Part shown: piece by piece, positions 21,436 to 30,690 of the stretch
How the letters are laid out: each line of letters starts with the position of its first letter
Position numbering within the stretch: the first letter of the stretch is position 1
From: an uncultured delta proteobacterium
Lineage (GTDB): Bacteria > Desulfobacterota > Binatia > UBA9968
DNA length: 64,000 nt
Reading direction: 5' to 3'
NCBI GenBank assembly: GCA_963760795.1
Contig: CAVXEP010000029.1
Location: 64,001-128,000, forward strand
Translations under genes and position numbers: made by a program
The notes under the pieces: generated by a model
Told to the model about the DNA's origin: nothing
What the model saw: only the letters and a program-made list of their open reading frames with translations
The model's database searches: none

Positions 21436-22542
21436 CTAGAGGCGCATCGGCATCAGAACGTAAAGATAGCCATCAACACCGGCTTTTCGGATGACGCTGG
21501 GGCTGAGTTCGTCTTTCAGTTCAAATTCGATCTCTCCCTCACCGCCCAAAACCGCCAAAACATCTAATAAGTATCGGGCATTGAAACCGATGGCGATGGT
21601 CTTGCCTTTATAGTCAGCCTCGACTTCTTCCACCGCTTCGCCAAGATCTGGGTTATTCGCCGAGATCGACAGTTTGCCGTTAGCGAACTCCATTTTTACA
21701 CCCTTGTAGCGTTCGCTGGAAAGAATCGAAACCCGGCGCAAAGCGCGCAATAACTCTTCATGGTCGAGTTTGGCGATATTCGGGTTACCGACGGGGATTA
21801 CCTTAGTATAGTCGGGGAAATCACCATCTATTAGGCGCATGAAAAGCTCGACCTTGTCCTTGCTGACGAGCCCCATGTTCTCCTTGAAACCTAGAGATAC
21901 GGCGCCGTCTTCACCGCTTTCTAATAGCTTCTTTAGTTCAGACAATCCCTTTCTCGGTAAAATCACGCCTTTGGTCAGGCCAAGGGAGCCGACCTGCTTC
22001 TCTTCGAACGCTAGACGATGACCGTCGGTGGCGACCATGCGTACTTTACCGCCTTCGCACTGTTCGATGTAAACCCCATTGAGACTATAGCGGGTCTCGT
22101 CCGTCGATACCGAAAAGATCGTCCGCTCGATCATTTCGCGCACGGTTGACGCCGGTGTCGTCGACAATCCACTGCTATCGAATTGGGGAAACTGAGGAAA
22201 CTCCTTGGCATCCATACCGAATATCTTAAAAACTGATTTACCGCTGCGAATCTCGACCCAGTCGTTGTCCAAGCGTTTTAATTGAACCAGATCGTTAGGC
22301 ACTTCTCTGACTATTTCATAAAGCTTTTTGGCATTGACCGTTACGCTGCCTTCTTTTACGACCTCGCCGTCGACACCACCGCGGACACCCACTTCAAGAT
22401 CCGTGGCCGTGATACGTATGCCGCTTTTTTGCGCTTCAATCATGACATTGGCGAGGATCGGCATGGTGTTACGCCGCTCGACAATGCTTTGAGTCCAATA
22501 AAGCGTTGCGAGAAGATCTCCCCGCTTGGCTTTAATTTCCAT
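21436..22542 (-). CDS. dnaN: DNA polymerase III beta sliding clamp
   Basis: ATDLEVG, DETRYSLNG, VATDGHRL, GFNARYLLD, LMPMRL. Confidence 0.98.
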   Translation of the reverse strand: MEIKAKRGDLLATLYWTQSIVERRNTMPILANVMIEAQKSGIRITATDLEVGVRGGVDGEVVKEGSVTVNAKKLYEIVREVPNDLVQLKRLDNDWVEIRSGKSVFKIFGMDAKEFPQFPQFDSSGLSTTPASTVREMIERTIFSVSTDETRYSLNGVYIEQCEGGKVRMVATDGHRLAFEEKQVGSLGLTKGVILPRKGLSELKKLLESGEDGAVSLGFKENMGLVSKDKVELFMRLIDGDFPDYTKVIPVGNPNIAKLDHEELLRALRRVSILSSERYKGVKMEFANGKLSISANNPDLGEAVEEVEADYKGKTIAIGFNARYLLDVLAVLGGEGEIEFELKDELSPSVIRKAGVDGYLYVLMPMRL

Positions 22543-22564
22543 ACTTCCTCCCGGTGACTTCTTC

Positions 22565-22783
22565 TGTGCTTATATATATATAAAAATAAGAAGTAATAGT
22601 AGGGGCTGTGGAAAATGTGGGTAAACGCGTTTAAGGAGATAATTCGGTAAGATAGCTTGTGATTAACTTGTGGTGATTATACCGCTCATCCACCCTTTGA
22701 CCGGCTGTGTGGCGATCCCTGAACAGTTATGGACAGATCGAAAGGGTATTGATAACAGGCTATCCACAACTACTTGTGGATAT
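22565..22783. promoter_or_regulatory. oriC segment between dnaA and dnaN: AT-rich DUE, DnaA-trios and DnaA boxes
   Basis: (TA)n tract, AAG-AAG-TAA-TAG-TAG trios (22588-22602), GGGC, boxes TGTGGAAAA/TGTGGGTAA (22607-22624), further boxes such as CTATCCACA (22760-22768). Confidence 0.88.
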
Positions 22784-24104
22784 TTAGATTGCGCTCGATT
22801 ACTGCAATGGTCGCTTGCATGTTGGGATCTTCTTTGATGCGTCGCTCAATGGTTTTCGAAGCGTGGATAACCGTGGAATGATCTCTGCCGCCAAATTTGT
22901 CGCCGATACCAGGGAACGATGTTTGGGTGTGTTTGCGGCACAAATACATCGCGACTTGGCGTGGAAAGGCGAGATTTTGGGTGCGTCTATGCGCTTTCAA
23001 GTCGCCAATTTTTAGATTGTAATGGTCGCAGATGGTTTTTTGGATACCCTCGACTGTGATTTCCCGTTCATAACTTTTTAAGTTATTGCGTAGGACGTCC
23101 TTGGCAAAGTCGATCGTAATGGCGGCCTTGGTGAGCGAATAAAAAGCACCCAAGCGTGTTAGTGATCCTTCCAACTCGCGCACGTTGGAGCTGATGTTCG
23201 ATGCCAGAAAGATCGCCACGTCATCTGGTAGCGGCACACCCTCAAATTCAGCCTTTTTCTGCAGAATCGCGACTCTTGTTTCCATGTCCGGCGGCTGGAT
23301 ATCTGCGATTAGGCCCCATTCGAAGCGGTTCCTCAGGCGATCCTCTATGGCGGGAATGTCTTTGGGGAATTTATCTGAGGTAATGACAATCTGTTTATGG
23401 GACTCATAAAGAGAATTGAAAGTGTGGAAAAACTCTTCTTGAGTGCGCTCTTTGCCGGCGATGAACTGAATGTCGTCGATGATCAGGATATCGACGTTTC
23501 TAAATTTCTTCTTAAATTCGTCCATCTTATCGCGCCTTAGCGAACTGATCAGCTCGTTCATGAACGATTCTGAGCTAAGATAAACGATTTTTAGATTCGG
23601 TCTCCTGGCCGCCGCTTGATGGCCGATGGCATTAACCAAGTGCGTTTTGCCGAGACCGACACCACCATAGATAAATAGCGGGTTGTAATGCTCACCGGGT
23701 TGGTTGGCGACTGCCATGCACGCCGCGTGGGCAAACTGATTGCTCGTACCTATAACGAAGTTATCAAAAGTATACTTCTGCACCAGATGACTTTGGCGTG
23801 GTTGACGTTCACGCTCTTTGTCATCTTTGCGCTGGATCTTTTCCTGTGGCTTCGCCTCGTCGCCGTTTTGCTCAACTGCTATAACAACCTTCAGGTCGTG
23901 TTTCGCAATGGCACTAACGACTGATTCGAGATCGTCAAGATAGTTTTGTCCGACCCAGTCGCGAAAAAACTTGTTTGCCACCGCCACAACCAACTCGTTT
24001 TTATTCCTGGAGACAAACTGGATCGGTCTAATCCAGGTATCGTAGTTTTGCTTACCAATCCGCTCTTTTATTTCCGCTTGAGCTTCAGCCCACAAATAAG
24101 CCAT
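22770..24104 (-). CDS. dnaA: Chromosomal replication initiator DnaA
   Basis: YTFDNFV, NPLFIYGGVGLGKTHL, DDIQF, NVRELEG, GGRDHSTV. Confidence 0.99.
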   Translation of the reverse strand: MAYLWAEAQAEIKERIGKQNYDTWIRPIQFVSRNKNELVVAVANKFFRDWVGQNYLDDLESVVSAIAKHDLKVVIAVEQNGDEAKPQEKIQRKDDKERERQPRQSHLVQKYTFDNFVIGTSNQFAHAACMAVANQPGEHYNPLFIYGGVGLGKTHLVNAIGHQAAARRPNLKIVYLSSESFMNELISSLRRDKMDEFKKKFRNVDILIIDDIQFIAGKERTQEEFFHTFNSLYESHKQIVITSDKFPKDIPAIEDRLRNRFEWGLIADIQPPDMETRVAILQKKAEFEGVPLPDDVAIFLASNISSNVRELEGSLTRLGAFYSLTKAAITIDFAKDVLRNNLKSYEREITVEGIQKTICDHYNLKIGDLKAHRRTQNLAFPRQVAMYLCRKHTQTSFPGIGDKFGGRDHSTVIHASKTIERRIKEDPNMQATIAVIERNLNIHK

Positions 24105-24163
24105 AGAAAAGACCACTGCAAGTAAGATTTTCTGCTAAAAACAAAAAATAGTTACAAACAACG

Positions 24164-24183
24164 TTATCCACAGCTGTGGATAA
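24164..24183. promoter_or_regulatory. Inverted pair of perfect DnaA boxes upstream of dnaA
   Basis: TTATCCACA-GC-TGTGGATAA within an AT-rich intergenic region. Confidence 0.9.
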
Positions 24184-24490
24184 CTAATTAGCTGCCGAAA
24201 TTTAGGTTGTTATAGAAAACATTGAGAGAAAATTCGCCGGCAAAATATTCTACCCAAACGATTTACCCCAAAACCCGCCAAGAAAAATTCACTCCTCCGC
24301 ACGACGAGAGAATTTTTTTTCTCAAACGATCGAGCGAGTCGAAGTGAAAATGATTTATGTGTCATTGAGAAGGATGTGTAATATGCCTTTTCAAAATTCA
24401 TTGCAAGAAAAAAAATAAAGAAAGTTTTTTTTTCAGTAATTCAACTTACTTGACAGAAGCAAAGTGCGATGTTAGCAACACTCACTCACA

Positions 24491-25780
24491 ATGTCTTTAC
24501 AATCGAAAAAATTATTTCGCCGCGCTTTGAAGAAAATTCCCGGCGGTGTGAACAGCCCGGTACGCGCGTGGAAGTCGGTGGGCGGCTCGCCGCTATTTAT
24601 TTCCCGCGGCCGAGGCAGTCATGTCTTCGACGCCGATAAGAAACCATATATCGACTATGTCGGTTCATGGGGACCGATGATTCTCGGTCACGCCAACGCG
24701 AAGATTATCCGGGCAATCACCCAACGTGCTGCTAATGGGACAACTTTCGGTGCGCCGACACAAGGGGAAGTGGAGTTGGCGGAATTAGTTTCGCGGCGCG
24801 TGCCATCGATCGAGAAACTTCGCCTGGTCAGCTCCGGCACCGAAGCGACGATGAGCGCGATCCGGTTGGCGCGCGCGTTTACCAATCGGTCCAAACTCGT
24901 CAAGTTCGACGGCTGTTACCATGGCCACTCCGATGGCTTGCTCGTCAAATCCGGCTCCGGTGTTGCCACTCTGAGTCTGCCCGATAGTCCCGGCGTGCCC
25001 GCGAGCATCGCGCGTGAAACACTGACAGCTAAATACAACGATTTACAGTCTGTGCAAAAATTAATTCATCGTTACGGCAACGACATTGCCGCAGTGATCG
25101 TCGAACCGGTTTGCGGCAACATGGGAGTGATTCTCCCTCAAGCCGATTTTCTCGACGGTCTGCGCAAAATGACAACACAGTCAGGTGTTTTACTTATTTT
25201 CGATGAGGTAATCACCGGATTTCGTATCGCTCTTGGCGGCGCCCAGCAACGCTATAAGATAAAACCGGACTTAACATGTTTGGGAAAAATTCTCGGCGGC
25301 GGCTTGCCGTTGGCTGCTTTCGGCGGCGGCCGACAAATCATGGACCAGTTGGCGCCGCTCGGTCCGGTTTACCAGGCCGGAACCTTGTCGGGCAATCCGT
25401 TGGCGGTTGCCGCCGGCACTGAAACACTGCATATGCTGGCACGGCGTGGCAGCTACGAAAATCTCGAAGCCAAAGGCCAAAGGCTTGCGGATGGTTTAAA
25501 TGACGTAATCCGCAGGCACAGGATCAGGGCAACGATCAACCGCGTCGGTTCGATGTTGACTTTGTTCTTCGGTGTCGATTCCGTTACGACCGTGGACGAT
25601 GCGCGCCGCTGCGACCGCAAACAATTCGCCGGTTTTTTTCATGGTATGCTCAAACGTGGCATTTATTTGCCGCCCGCGCCTTTTGAGGCTTGGTTCGTCT
25701 CCCTGGCCCACTCAAACGCTGATTTAGACGGGACAATTTCCGCTTTTGACGATTGGGCTAGGAGCGCCGATCGCGGTTGA
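24491..25780 (+). CDS. hemL: Glutamate-1-semialdehyde 2,1-aminomutase
   Basis: IPGGVNSPVRA, SGTEATMSA, GCYHGH, FDEVITGFR, GKILGGGLP, YQAGTLSGNP. Confidence 0.97.
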   Translation: MSLQSKKLFRRALKKIPGGVNSPVRAWKSVGGSPLFISRGRGSHVFDADKKPYIDYVGSWGPMILGHANAKIIRAITQRAANGTTFGAPTQGEVELAELVSRRVPSIEKLRLVSSGTEATMSAIRLARAFTNRSKLVKFDGCYHGHSDGLLVKSGSGVATLSLPDSPGVPASIARETLTAKYNDLQSVQKLIHRYGNDIAAVIVEPVCGNMGVILPQADFLDGLRKMTTQSGVLLIFDEVITGFRIALGGAQQRYKIKPDLTCLGKILGGGLPLAAFGGGRQIMDQLAPLGPVYQAGTLSGNPLAVAAGTETLHMLARRGSYENLEAKGQRLADGLNDVIRRHRIRATINRVGSMLTLFFGVDSVTTVDDARRCDRKQFAGFFHGMLKRGIYLPPAPFEAWFVSLAHSNADLDGTISAFDDWARSADRG

Positions 25781-25814
25781 TCCAGCATAATCTTCATGCT
25801 AAAAAACTAGCCCA

Positions 25815-26102
25815 GTGGAGAAAATTGGGGGCCGCCCCAATCGTCGGCACGATCGCCAAACTCCGCTCCTGCGCAGAGCAGGATTATACTTAGGAGTTGC
25901 TTTCGAACTACCAGCCACCATTATAGGTGGCTTGACCGTCGGCTATTTTCTCGACGAATATCTTCGTACCTCGCCGTGGTTTCTCATCTCGTTTACGGCG
26001 TTAGCTTTTGTCGGAGCCTTCGTCCGGTTGATACGATGGGTGAAGTTTTTTGCGCGCAATCGCCATGGAAGCAACGGCCCGCAAGACCATACTGAGAATT
26101 GA
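25815..26102 (+). CDS. AtpZ/AtpI family small membrane protein
   Basis: GYFLDEYLRTSPWF motif, two TM helices, first gene of atp cluster. Confidence 0.8.
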   Translation: MEKIGGRPNRRHDRQTPLLRRAGLYLGVAFELPATIIGGLTVGYFLDEYLRTSPWFLISFTALAFVGAFVRLIRWVKFFARNRHGSNGPQDHTEN

Positions 26103-26442
26103 ATGTTGGCATGCGGTTCTGTTGTTGGCATTGTTTCTGGTGTTGGGGCGGGGCAGTGCTATCGATGGCATGGCGCTGATTGCCGGCGGCGTGTTCATGG
26201 GAGTCAATTTTCTCCTGCTTAGCTTCGGCGTCGCGGCGGTTCTGACGCCGCTCGCTAGCAAGGGTCAAGTCAAACTCGGCGTAGGCATGTTGGTGTTAAA
26301 GGTCGTATTGTTTTTGGCGTTACTAACGACGGTGTTTTTTCGCTTTCAATTGGATGCGATTTCCTTTGCGCTGGGCTTTTCGACTTTGATCGTGGCCATT
26401 GTTGTCGAAGCAGTTAGAAGATCGCTAGCGGTGGAGAGCTAG
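26065..26442 (+). CDS. atpI: ATP synthase protein I
   Basis: Four hydrophobic helices directly before atpB. Confidence 0.75.
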   Translation: MEATARKTILRIECWHAVLLLALFLVLGRGSAIDGMALIAGGVFMGVNFLLLSFGVAAVLTPLASKGQVKLGVGMLVLKVVLFLALLTTVFFRFQLDAISFALGFSTLIVAIVVEAVRRSLAVES

Positions 26443-26448
26443 GGAGAT

Positions 26449-27240
26449 ATGGAACATCCGTATACTTGGTATAACGCGCTGCCAGGAGGCTTGCAGCACC
26501 TGTTCGGCGATCATACGTTTTTCGCCGTTGTCGCCGGCCTATTGTTAATATTGTTTGCCATCAAAGCTCGTGGCGCGTTGGCCAAGGCTAGTGACCCGGT
26601 TGTGCCGGCCGCGGAGCTTGGATCGAGAAATATTGCCGAGCTAATCGTTCAACTGATCGTCAGTCAGAGTGACGCCATCATTGGTAAGGCCGGGCGCAAG
26701 TACGTGCCATTTTACGGGACATTTTTCTTCTTCATTTTGCTGAGCAATCTGCTGGGACTCCTGCCCGGCTTTGGCGCGCCGACAGCTAATCTCAATACCA
26801 CCATCGGTCTGGCCCTATGTTCGTTCATCGGCTACAACGTGATTGGCGTGCGCGAGCAAGGTGTGAGCTATTTCAAACATTTTGTCGGCCCGATGACCAG
26901 TCTTCCAGGAGGCGGCATAGTCTCAAAGCTAGCGTTTCTGCCTGTCCTGCTGCTTTCCGTGGTGTTTTTCTTTATTCTTGAACTTTTTTCCCATGGATTT
27001 CGCCCAGTCTCTCTGTCCTTGCGTTTATTCGGCAATATGATGGGCGACCACGAAGTGATCGGCGCGTTCATTAGTTTAACCAAACTAGTGGTGCCGGTGG
27101 CATTCTACCTTATGGGAACCCTGGTTAGTTTAATTCAAGCTTTTGTTTTTACCTTATTGAGCATGATCTACGTTGCTTTGGCCGTCACTCACGGCCATGA
27201 CGAAGAACATGGTCATGATGCACAGCAAGCACATCATTAA
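26449..27240 (+). CDS. atpB: Fo ATP synthase subunit a
   Basis: NLLGLLPG, PTANLN, RPVSLSLRLFGNM, IQAFVFTLLSMIY. Confidence 0.97.
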   Translation: MEHPYTWYNALPGGLQHLFGDHTFFAVVAGLLLILFAIKARGALAKASDPVVPAAELGSRNIAELIVQLIVSQSDAIIGKAGRKYVPFYGTFFFFILLSNLLGLLPGFGAPTANLNTTIGLALCSFIGYNVIGVREQGVSYFKHFVGPMTSLPGGGIVSKLAFLPVLLLSVVFFFILELFSHGFRPVSLSLRLFGNMMGDHEVIGAFISLTKLVVPVAFYLMGTLVSLIQAFVFTLLSMIYVALAVTHGHDEEHGHDAQQAHH

Positions 27241-27314
27241 AAAAGCGATGGGCCGCACGGTGAGGATGAGGATAGAGGGGTGGCAGGCTGAAAATCGCTA
27301 GAAAGGAGACAAAA

Positions 27315-27632
27315 ATGCAAAAGCTGTTTGCCTTCGTTGCAACTTTCGCCATGGCTATGATGGCTAATGGCGCGGCGATGGCCGCGGATAGCGCCGGGGG
27401 AGAATCGAAAGCGGCCGCCATCGCGCTCGCCGCTGGTGTCGCCGTCGGCATCGCTGCCTTTGGCGCCGCCTTGGGCCAAGGTCGCGTGGGCGCCGCGGCG
27501 ATGGAAAGCATTGGGCGCAATCCCAATGCCGCTGATAAGCTATTCTTGCCGCTGGTGCTTACGCTAGCGCTGCTTGAAGCTTTGGCGCTTTACGGTTTCG
27601 TCATCGCGATTCTCTTGCAAGGCAAGATCTAG
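27315..27632 (+). CDS. atpE: Fo ATP synthase subunit c with N-terminal extension
   Basis: ALGQG...IGRNP loop, conserved Glu in LLEALALY. Confidence 0.95.
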   Translation: MQKLFAFVATFAMAMMANGAAMAADSAGGESKAAAIALAAGVAVGIAAFGAALGQGRVGAAAMESIGRNPNAADKLFLPLVLTLALLEALALYGFVIAILLQGKI

Positions 27633-27658
27633 CTGCGAGAACGATTCTTATGACCATT

Positions 27659-27688
27659 GGGTGAGGAGATTTCTCCTCACCCTTTTTT
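27659..27688 (+). terminator. Intrinsic terminator after atpE
   Basis: GGGTGAGGAGA-TT-TCTCCTCACCC followed by T6. Confidence 0.85.
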
Positions 27689-27709
27689 ATGGGCAAAAGA
27701 ATTCGTTTC

Positions 27710-28168
27710 CTAGAGCGGCAGGTCAACTTGATGGAGCTGCACTTGAGTGTAGCGCAGGAGTTCCTCCAAGGTGTGCAGCTTGTAGGGTTTGAGATAATAA
27801 ATTTCTTTGATCCCGGTATTCACCAGGACCTTGAGACAATGGATACAGGGCGTGTGGGTAATGTAGATCGCCGCATCCTTGATGTTTGAGCCATTTTTGG
27901 CGGCCTGGGCGATGGCGTTCATCTCGGCGTGGATGGTACGAAAACAGTTTTGTTCGGTGTCGCCATTGGGCGTTTTCGATTCGTAGATCAAACAGCCCAC
28001 GTCGGTGCAATGGGGCATACCGGCGGGCGCGCCGTTATAACCTGTGGCGAGAATATTCTTGTCGCGGGCGATCACGGCCCCGACTTTGGCACGGGCGCAG
28101 GTCGACCGCTCGGCCACCTGCAAGGTGATGGTCATGAAATACTGATCCCAGCTCAACCGTTCACTCAT
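27710..28168 (-). CDS. dCMP deaminase (ComEB-like)
   Basis: RSTC...VGAV, TGYNG, HAEMNAI, PCIHC zinc motifs. Confidence 0.92.
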   Translation of the reverse strand: MSERLSWDQYFMTITLQVAERSTCARAKVGAVIARDKNILATGYNGAPAGMPHCTDVGCLIYESKTPNGDTEQNCFRTIHAEMNAIAQAAKNGSNIKDAAIYITHTPCIHCLKVLVNTGIKEIYYLKPYKLHTLEELLRYTQVQLHQVDLPL

Positions 28169-28184
28169 GATTCCCTCTAGCCTT

Positions 28185-28969
28185 CTATTCTTTGACCGTG
28201 ACAATCACCTTATCGCCGATTTTCGCACCGGTCCGTTCCATGACGTTACCCTTATTGATGGCAATCTCCAGGAGGCCCCAACTGTTAAACAGACAGGCGA
28301 ACGCGCCACTACTAACATTGGCGTAGTTGGCCACCAAACCGCTCAGTTGAACATCTCCAAGGGCCACCCGCAGTCGATCCACCGGTACCCCTGTCAGATC
28401 ACGCGCGCGGATGTTTGTAAACAGATTGCCGAAGCTGTCGGCGTAGATGATTTCACCTTCCAGCCGATTTTCGCCGCAAAGGACTTGCGGCATGTACAGA
28501 TTTACCAACGTATCTAATGACTTGCCGAACTGGGTTGTGGGGACGCCGAGGGATAGGTGCGCGGCAACTGGCGCGAAGATGTCGCGTCCATGAAACGTAT
28601 TGCTGACCTGTTCCAGGTGATACTCGGCATTGGTCAACTCGATGATGCGCTGCGGCACGTTGCCATCCAGCGCTAGGCTCAAGACGCCGTTGTCGGGGCC
28701 GATAAAATAGTTGTCCTCATGTTCGACAAGGATTGGTTTCCGAACGCTGCCGACGCCAGGGTCGACGACGACGACATGAATCGTGCCCGCGGAGAAAAAG
28801 CGTACCGAGTGCTGTAGTATCAACGCTCGCGGCCATGACATTCTGAGCCGGCACACCATGAGTGAGATCGATGACCTGGGCTCCGCGAATTGATCGCCGC
28901 GATGACGCCTTTTATGATGCCGACAAATGGGTCCCGATAGCCAAAATCGGTAGTGAGCGTTATCACCAT
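28185..28969 (-). CDS. SAM hydroxide adenosyltransferase/chlorinase family (DUF62), frameshifted near 28850-28880
   Basis: MVITLTTDFG in upstream frame; VVDPGVGS, GPDNG, TFHGRDIFAP, DSFGN. Confidence 0.85.
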
Positions 28970-29016
28970 GATTGGGTGTCCGGTGTGACCACGATTCTAA
29001 GGCCGGCGGATGCGAT

Positions 29017-29964
29017 TTAAAGTTCTTCCAGTACCGCGGCAAAAAGCAGCGGCACCATGATCTCCATGTGGCCGGTGAGATTGTAGCCTTTGCCGCCATG
29101 CATAGTCGGGCGGTTGACGACGTTGGTGAGCGGCCGGTAGTGCTGCAGAAAATCGAGATTGACCGTCGTCAGATTGCCGATCGGGTGGCCGAGATTGCGC
29201 GCCAAGCTGAGCGCTTTTAAAAACACTTCCGGCAGCACCACGGCGGAACCGAAGTTCAAATAAATGCCGCGATCGAGAGTCGCCACCACCGAAGTGAGCG
29301 TGCGGAAGTCACGCAGGCTGCCATCGCCGAGTGCTTTGCCGTCGGCTTTCGGGTGCATGTGAATGATATCGGTGCCGATGGCGATATGGGAAGTGACGGG
29401 AATGCCCAGCCGGGCCGCGGTGGCGAGAATGCTCAGCTTGCGATGGGCGAGACGATGTTGGTTAATGGCTAGACCGACAGCCGCACCGATGCCCAAATTA
29501 TTCTTCGAGCCGTCGCTGATCGCTTGATTGATGAAACTGCCGGTCTCTTCACCCATGCCAAAGCTGCCGTCTTTGAGCGCGGCGGCGACGTCTTCCGAGG
29601 TCTCGCCCATGTAGGCGAGCTCGAAGTCATGGATCACGCCGGCGCCATTGAGCGCGATGGCATCGATGATACCGCGCTCCATGAAGTCTATGATTAATGG
29701 GCTTAGGCCGACCTTAATCGGGTGCGCGCCCATGCCTAATACCACCGTGCGATTCTTCGCATGGCAATCGGCGATCTTGCGGGCGATCTCCTGTAAATTC
29801 TGCGCTGCAAGAATCTCCGGCAAGCCGCGTAAGAATGCGCGCACACTCGCCCCCTTGGTCAATTTCTTACCAAGTAGCGAAGTCTGCACCTTGCTGAATC
29901 TCTTGGTTACCGGATATGTGCGGACCTTGGTAAAATCGAGGGCTTTGAAATTCTTTTTTCGCAT
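29017..29964 (-). CDS. Conserved protein with deoxyhypusine-synthase-like fold
   Basis: GMGAHPIKVGL, NGAGVIHD, GTDIIHMHP, GSAVVLPEVFLKA. Confidence 0.6.
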   Translation of the reverse strand: MRKKNFKALDFTKVRTYPVTKRFSKVQTSLLGKKLTKGASVRAFLRGLPEILAAQNLQEIARKIADCHAKNRTVVLGMGAHPIKVGLSPLIIDFMERGIIDAIALNGAGVIHDFELAYMGETSEDVAAALKDGSFGMGEETGSFINQAISDGSKNNLGIGAAVGLAINQHRLAHRKLSILATAARLGIPVTSHIAIGTDIIHMHPKADGKALGDGSLRDFRTLTSVVATLDRGIYLNFGSAVVLPEVFLKALSLARNLGHPIGNLTTVNLDFLQHYRPLTNVVNRPTMHGGKGYNLTGHMEIMVPLLFAAVLEEL

Positions 29965-29974
29965 CAGAACACGT

Positions 29975-30553
29975 TCACGTGCAAGGATAAAGGGCGGCGT
30001 CAACGAGCTCGCAAATCACATGGCCGACGAGGATATGGGTTTCTTGGATGCGTGCAGTATCTTTGGTGGCGCCGACGTTGAGCAGATGATCCACCTTGCC
30101 GGTCATTCGGCCGCCACTGCCTCCGGTCAGTCCGATGGTGCGAATCTGGAGTTGCCGGCAAACTTCCACCGCCGCAAGAACGTTGGCGGAATTGCCGCTG
30201 GTTGAGATGGCGATCGCCACGTCGCCAGGCTTGCCCAGTGCTTGGACCTGCTTGGCGAAGACCTGGCTGTAATCGTAATCATTGGCGATGCTGGTGAGCG
30301 CTGACGAATCGGTTGTCAGGGCGATCGCGGCTAGGGGCGGTCGCTCGACCCGAAAGCGGTTTATGAACTCCGCCGCAATATGTTGGGCGTCGGCAGCGCT
30401 GCCACCGTTGCCGAAAAGCAGCAGTTTGTTGCCCGATCTGAACGCCGCGACAACGACCTCGATGGCCTTGGTGAGAATGTCGAGATTATCGCGCAAGAAA
30501 GCTTGTTTGACCCGGATGCTTTCATCAAAAGCGGCGACGATAGCGTCTTTCAT
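29975..30553 (-). CDS. gmhA: D-sedoheptulose 7-phosphate isomerase
   Basis: GNGGSAADAQH, ANDY, ISTSGNS, RIQETH. Confidence 0.96.
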   Translation of the reverse strand: MKDAIVAAFDESIRVKQAFLRDNLDILTKAIEVVVAAFRSGNKLLLFGNGGSAADAQHIAAEFINRFRVERPPLAAIALTTDSSALTSIANDYDYSQVFAKQVQALGKPGDVAIAISTSGNSANVLAAVEVCRQLQIRTIGLTGGSGGRMTGKVDHLLNVGATKDTARIQETHILVGHVICELVDAALYPCT

Positions 30554-30690
30554 AGGTTTTTCTCTGTTTAACAATTTGGCTCTGCACGCCGCGCTTGGCT
30601 ACCATTCAAGCACGATGGCTCTTCGTTGGAATCTAGATGCCACGGCGTGGGAAATTTTTATCATAGCGTCGGCGGCGATAAAAGCTCGCT

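Noticed and set aside
27315-27632. Na+-coupled ATP synthase
   Set aside because: Gln and Tyr are present, but the conserved Glu is followed by Ala-Leu rather than Ser/Thr, so the Na+ signature is incomplete.
28185-28969. Fluorinase/chlorinase for halometabolite synthesis
   Set aside because: Housekeeping context and motifs fit the widespread DUF62 SAM hydrolase, and there is no biosynthetic cluster.
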